Below, one piece after another: positions 34,615 to 34,902 of a stretch of DNA of 34,902 nt (position 1 is its first letter; every line of letters begins with the position of its first letter). The DNA lies in assembly GCA_001662655.1 (NCBI GenBank), contig KV460294.1; one strand, given 5' to 3'. The notes under the pieces were generated by a model. It had not been told where the DNA came from and searched no databases. It saw only the letters and a program-made list of their open reading frames with translations. The DNA comes from Pseudogymnoascus verrucosus (taxonomy: Eukaryota). Position numbers and translations under genes: made by a program.

Positions 34615-34724
34615 GATCTATTACTGTATATACACACCTTTCATATCTAGATCTATCAGATCTATTACTGTGCACACACGCCCTTTCATATCCAGATCTG
34701 TAGCATCCATTAGATCTATTACTA
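34615..34724. repeat. Imperfect ~44-bp tandem repeat (2 copies + partial)
   Basis: GATCTATTACTGT..A.ACAC.CC(C)TTTCATATC.AGATCT starting at 34615 and 34659; partial GATCTATTACTA at 34713. Confidence 0.75.
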
Positions 34725-34902
34725 TACTTCTATCCTGACGTAACTTTCTGACAAACCCTCTCCCATTTCTACACCCCCAAATCGAGCGTATCGTGTGCGC
34801 CGGGCTTATATGCAACTCCCATTCCCAAAGAACCTATTTTTACCCTCCCAACTCCTAGTTCGGTCTCCATATTATTCCCCCCTTCCAACTCCCTCAGTCA
34901 NC

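Larger units (their letters stand above)
29769..34902. promoter_or_regulatory. Long (>5 kb) gene-free, low-complexity upstream region of veA (5' UTR/promoter)
   Basis: No ORF with protein-like composition; strong strand-specific purine/pyrimidine skew; many microsatellites. Confidence 0.6.

Overview
Eukaryotic DNA from a filamentous ascomycete (Pezizomycotina; the GT-AG introns, CTRAY branch sites and RIP-type C>T/G>A damage fit this, and any finer taxon is inference). The left ~10.8 kb is an accessory, transposon-rich block. It holds two nested RIP-mutated Fot1/pogo (DD35D) elements, a degenerate 2OG-Fe(II) oxygenase-like relic, an intact 6-exon secreted multicopper oxidase, a strong intergenic hairpin, two pogo-type MITEs and an unclassified long-inverted-repeat element. 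The right ~24 kb is core genome: 6-phosphofructo-2-kinase/FBPase-2 (-), TAD3 (+), RNase H1 (+), SPT23/MGA2-like factor (-), a conserved-looking hypothetical protein (+), veA (-), then >5 kb of low-complexity veA upstream DNA with G4 motifs and a dense GATC cluster. No prokaryotic-type system (CRISPR etc.) is visible. The best novelty candidates are four ACGT-ended TIR variants with a shared 17-bp modular architecture, a cryptic non-AUG/readthrough mitochondrial extension of RNase H1, the hairpin, the unclassified IR element and a possible light-response element upstream of veA. All coordinates and exon structures were read by eye and no database searches were run.
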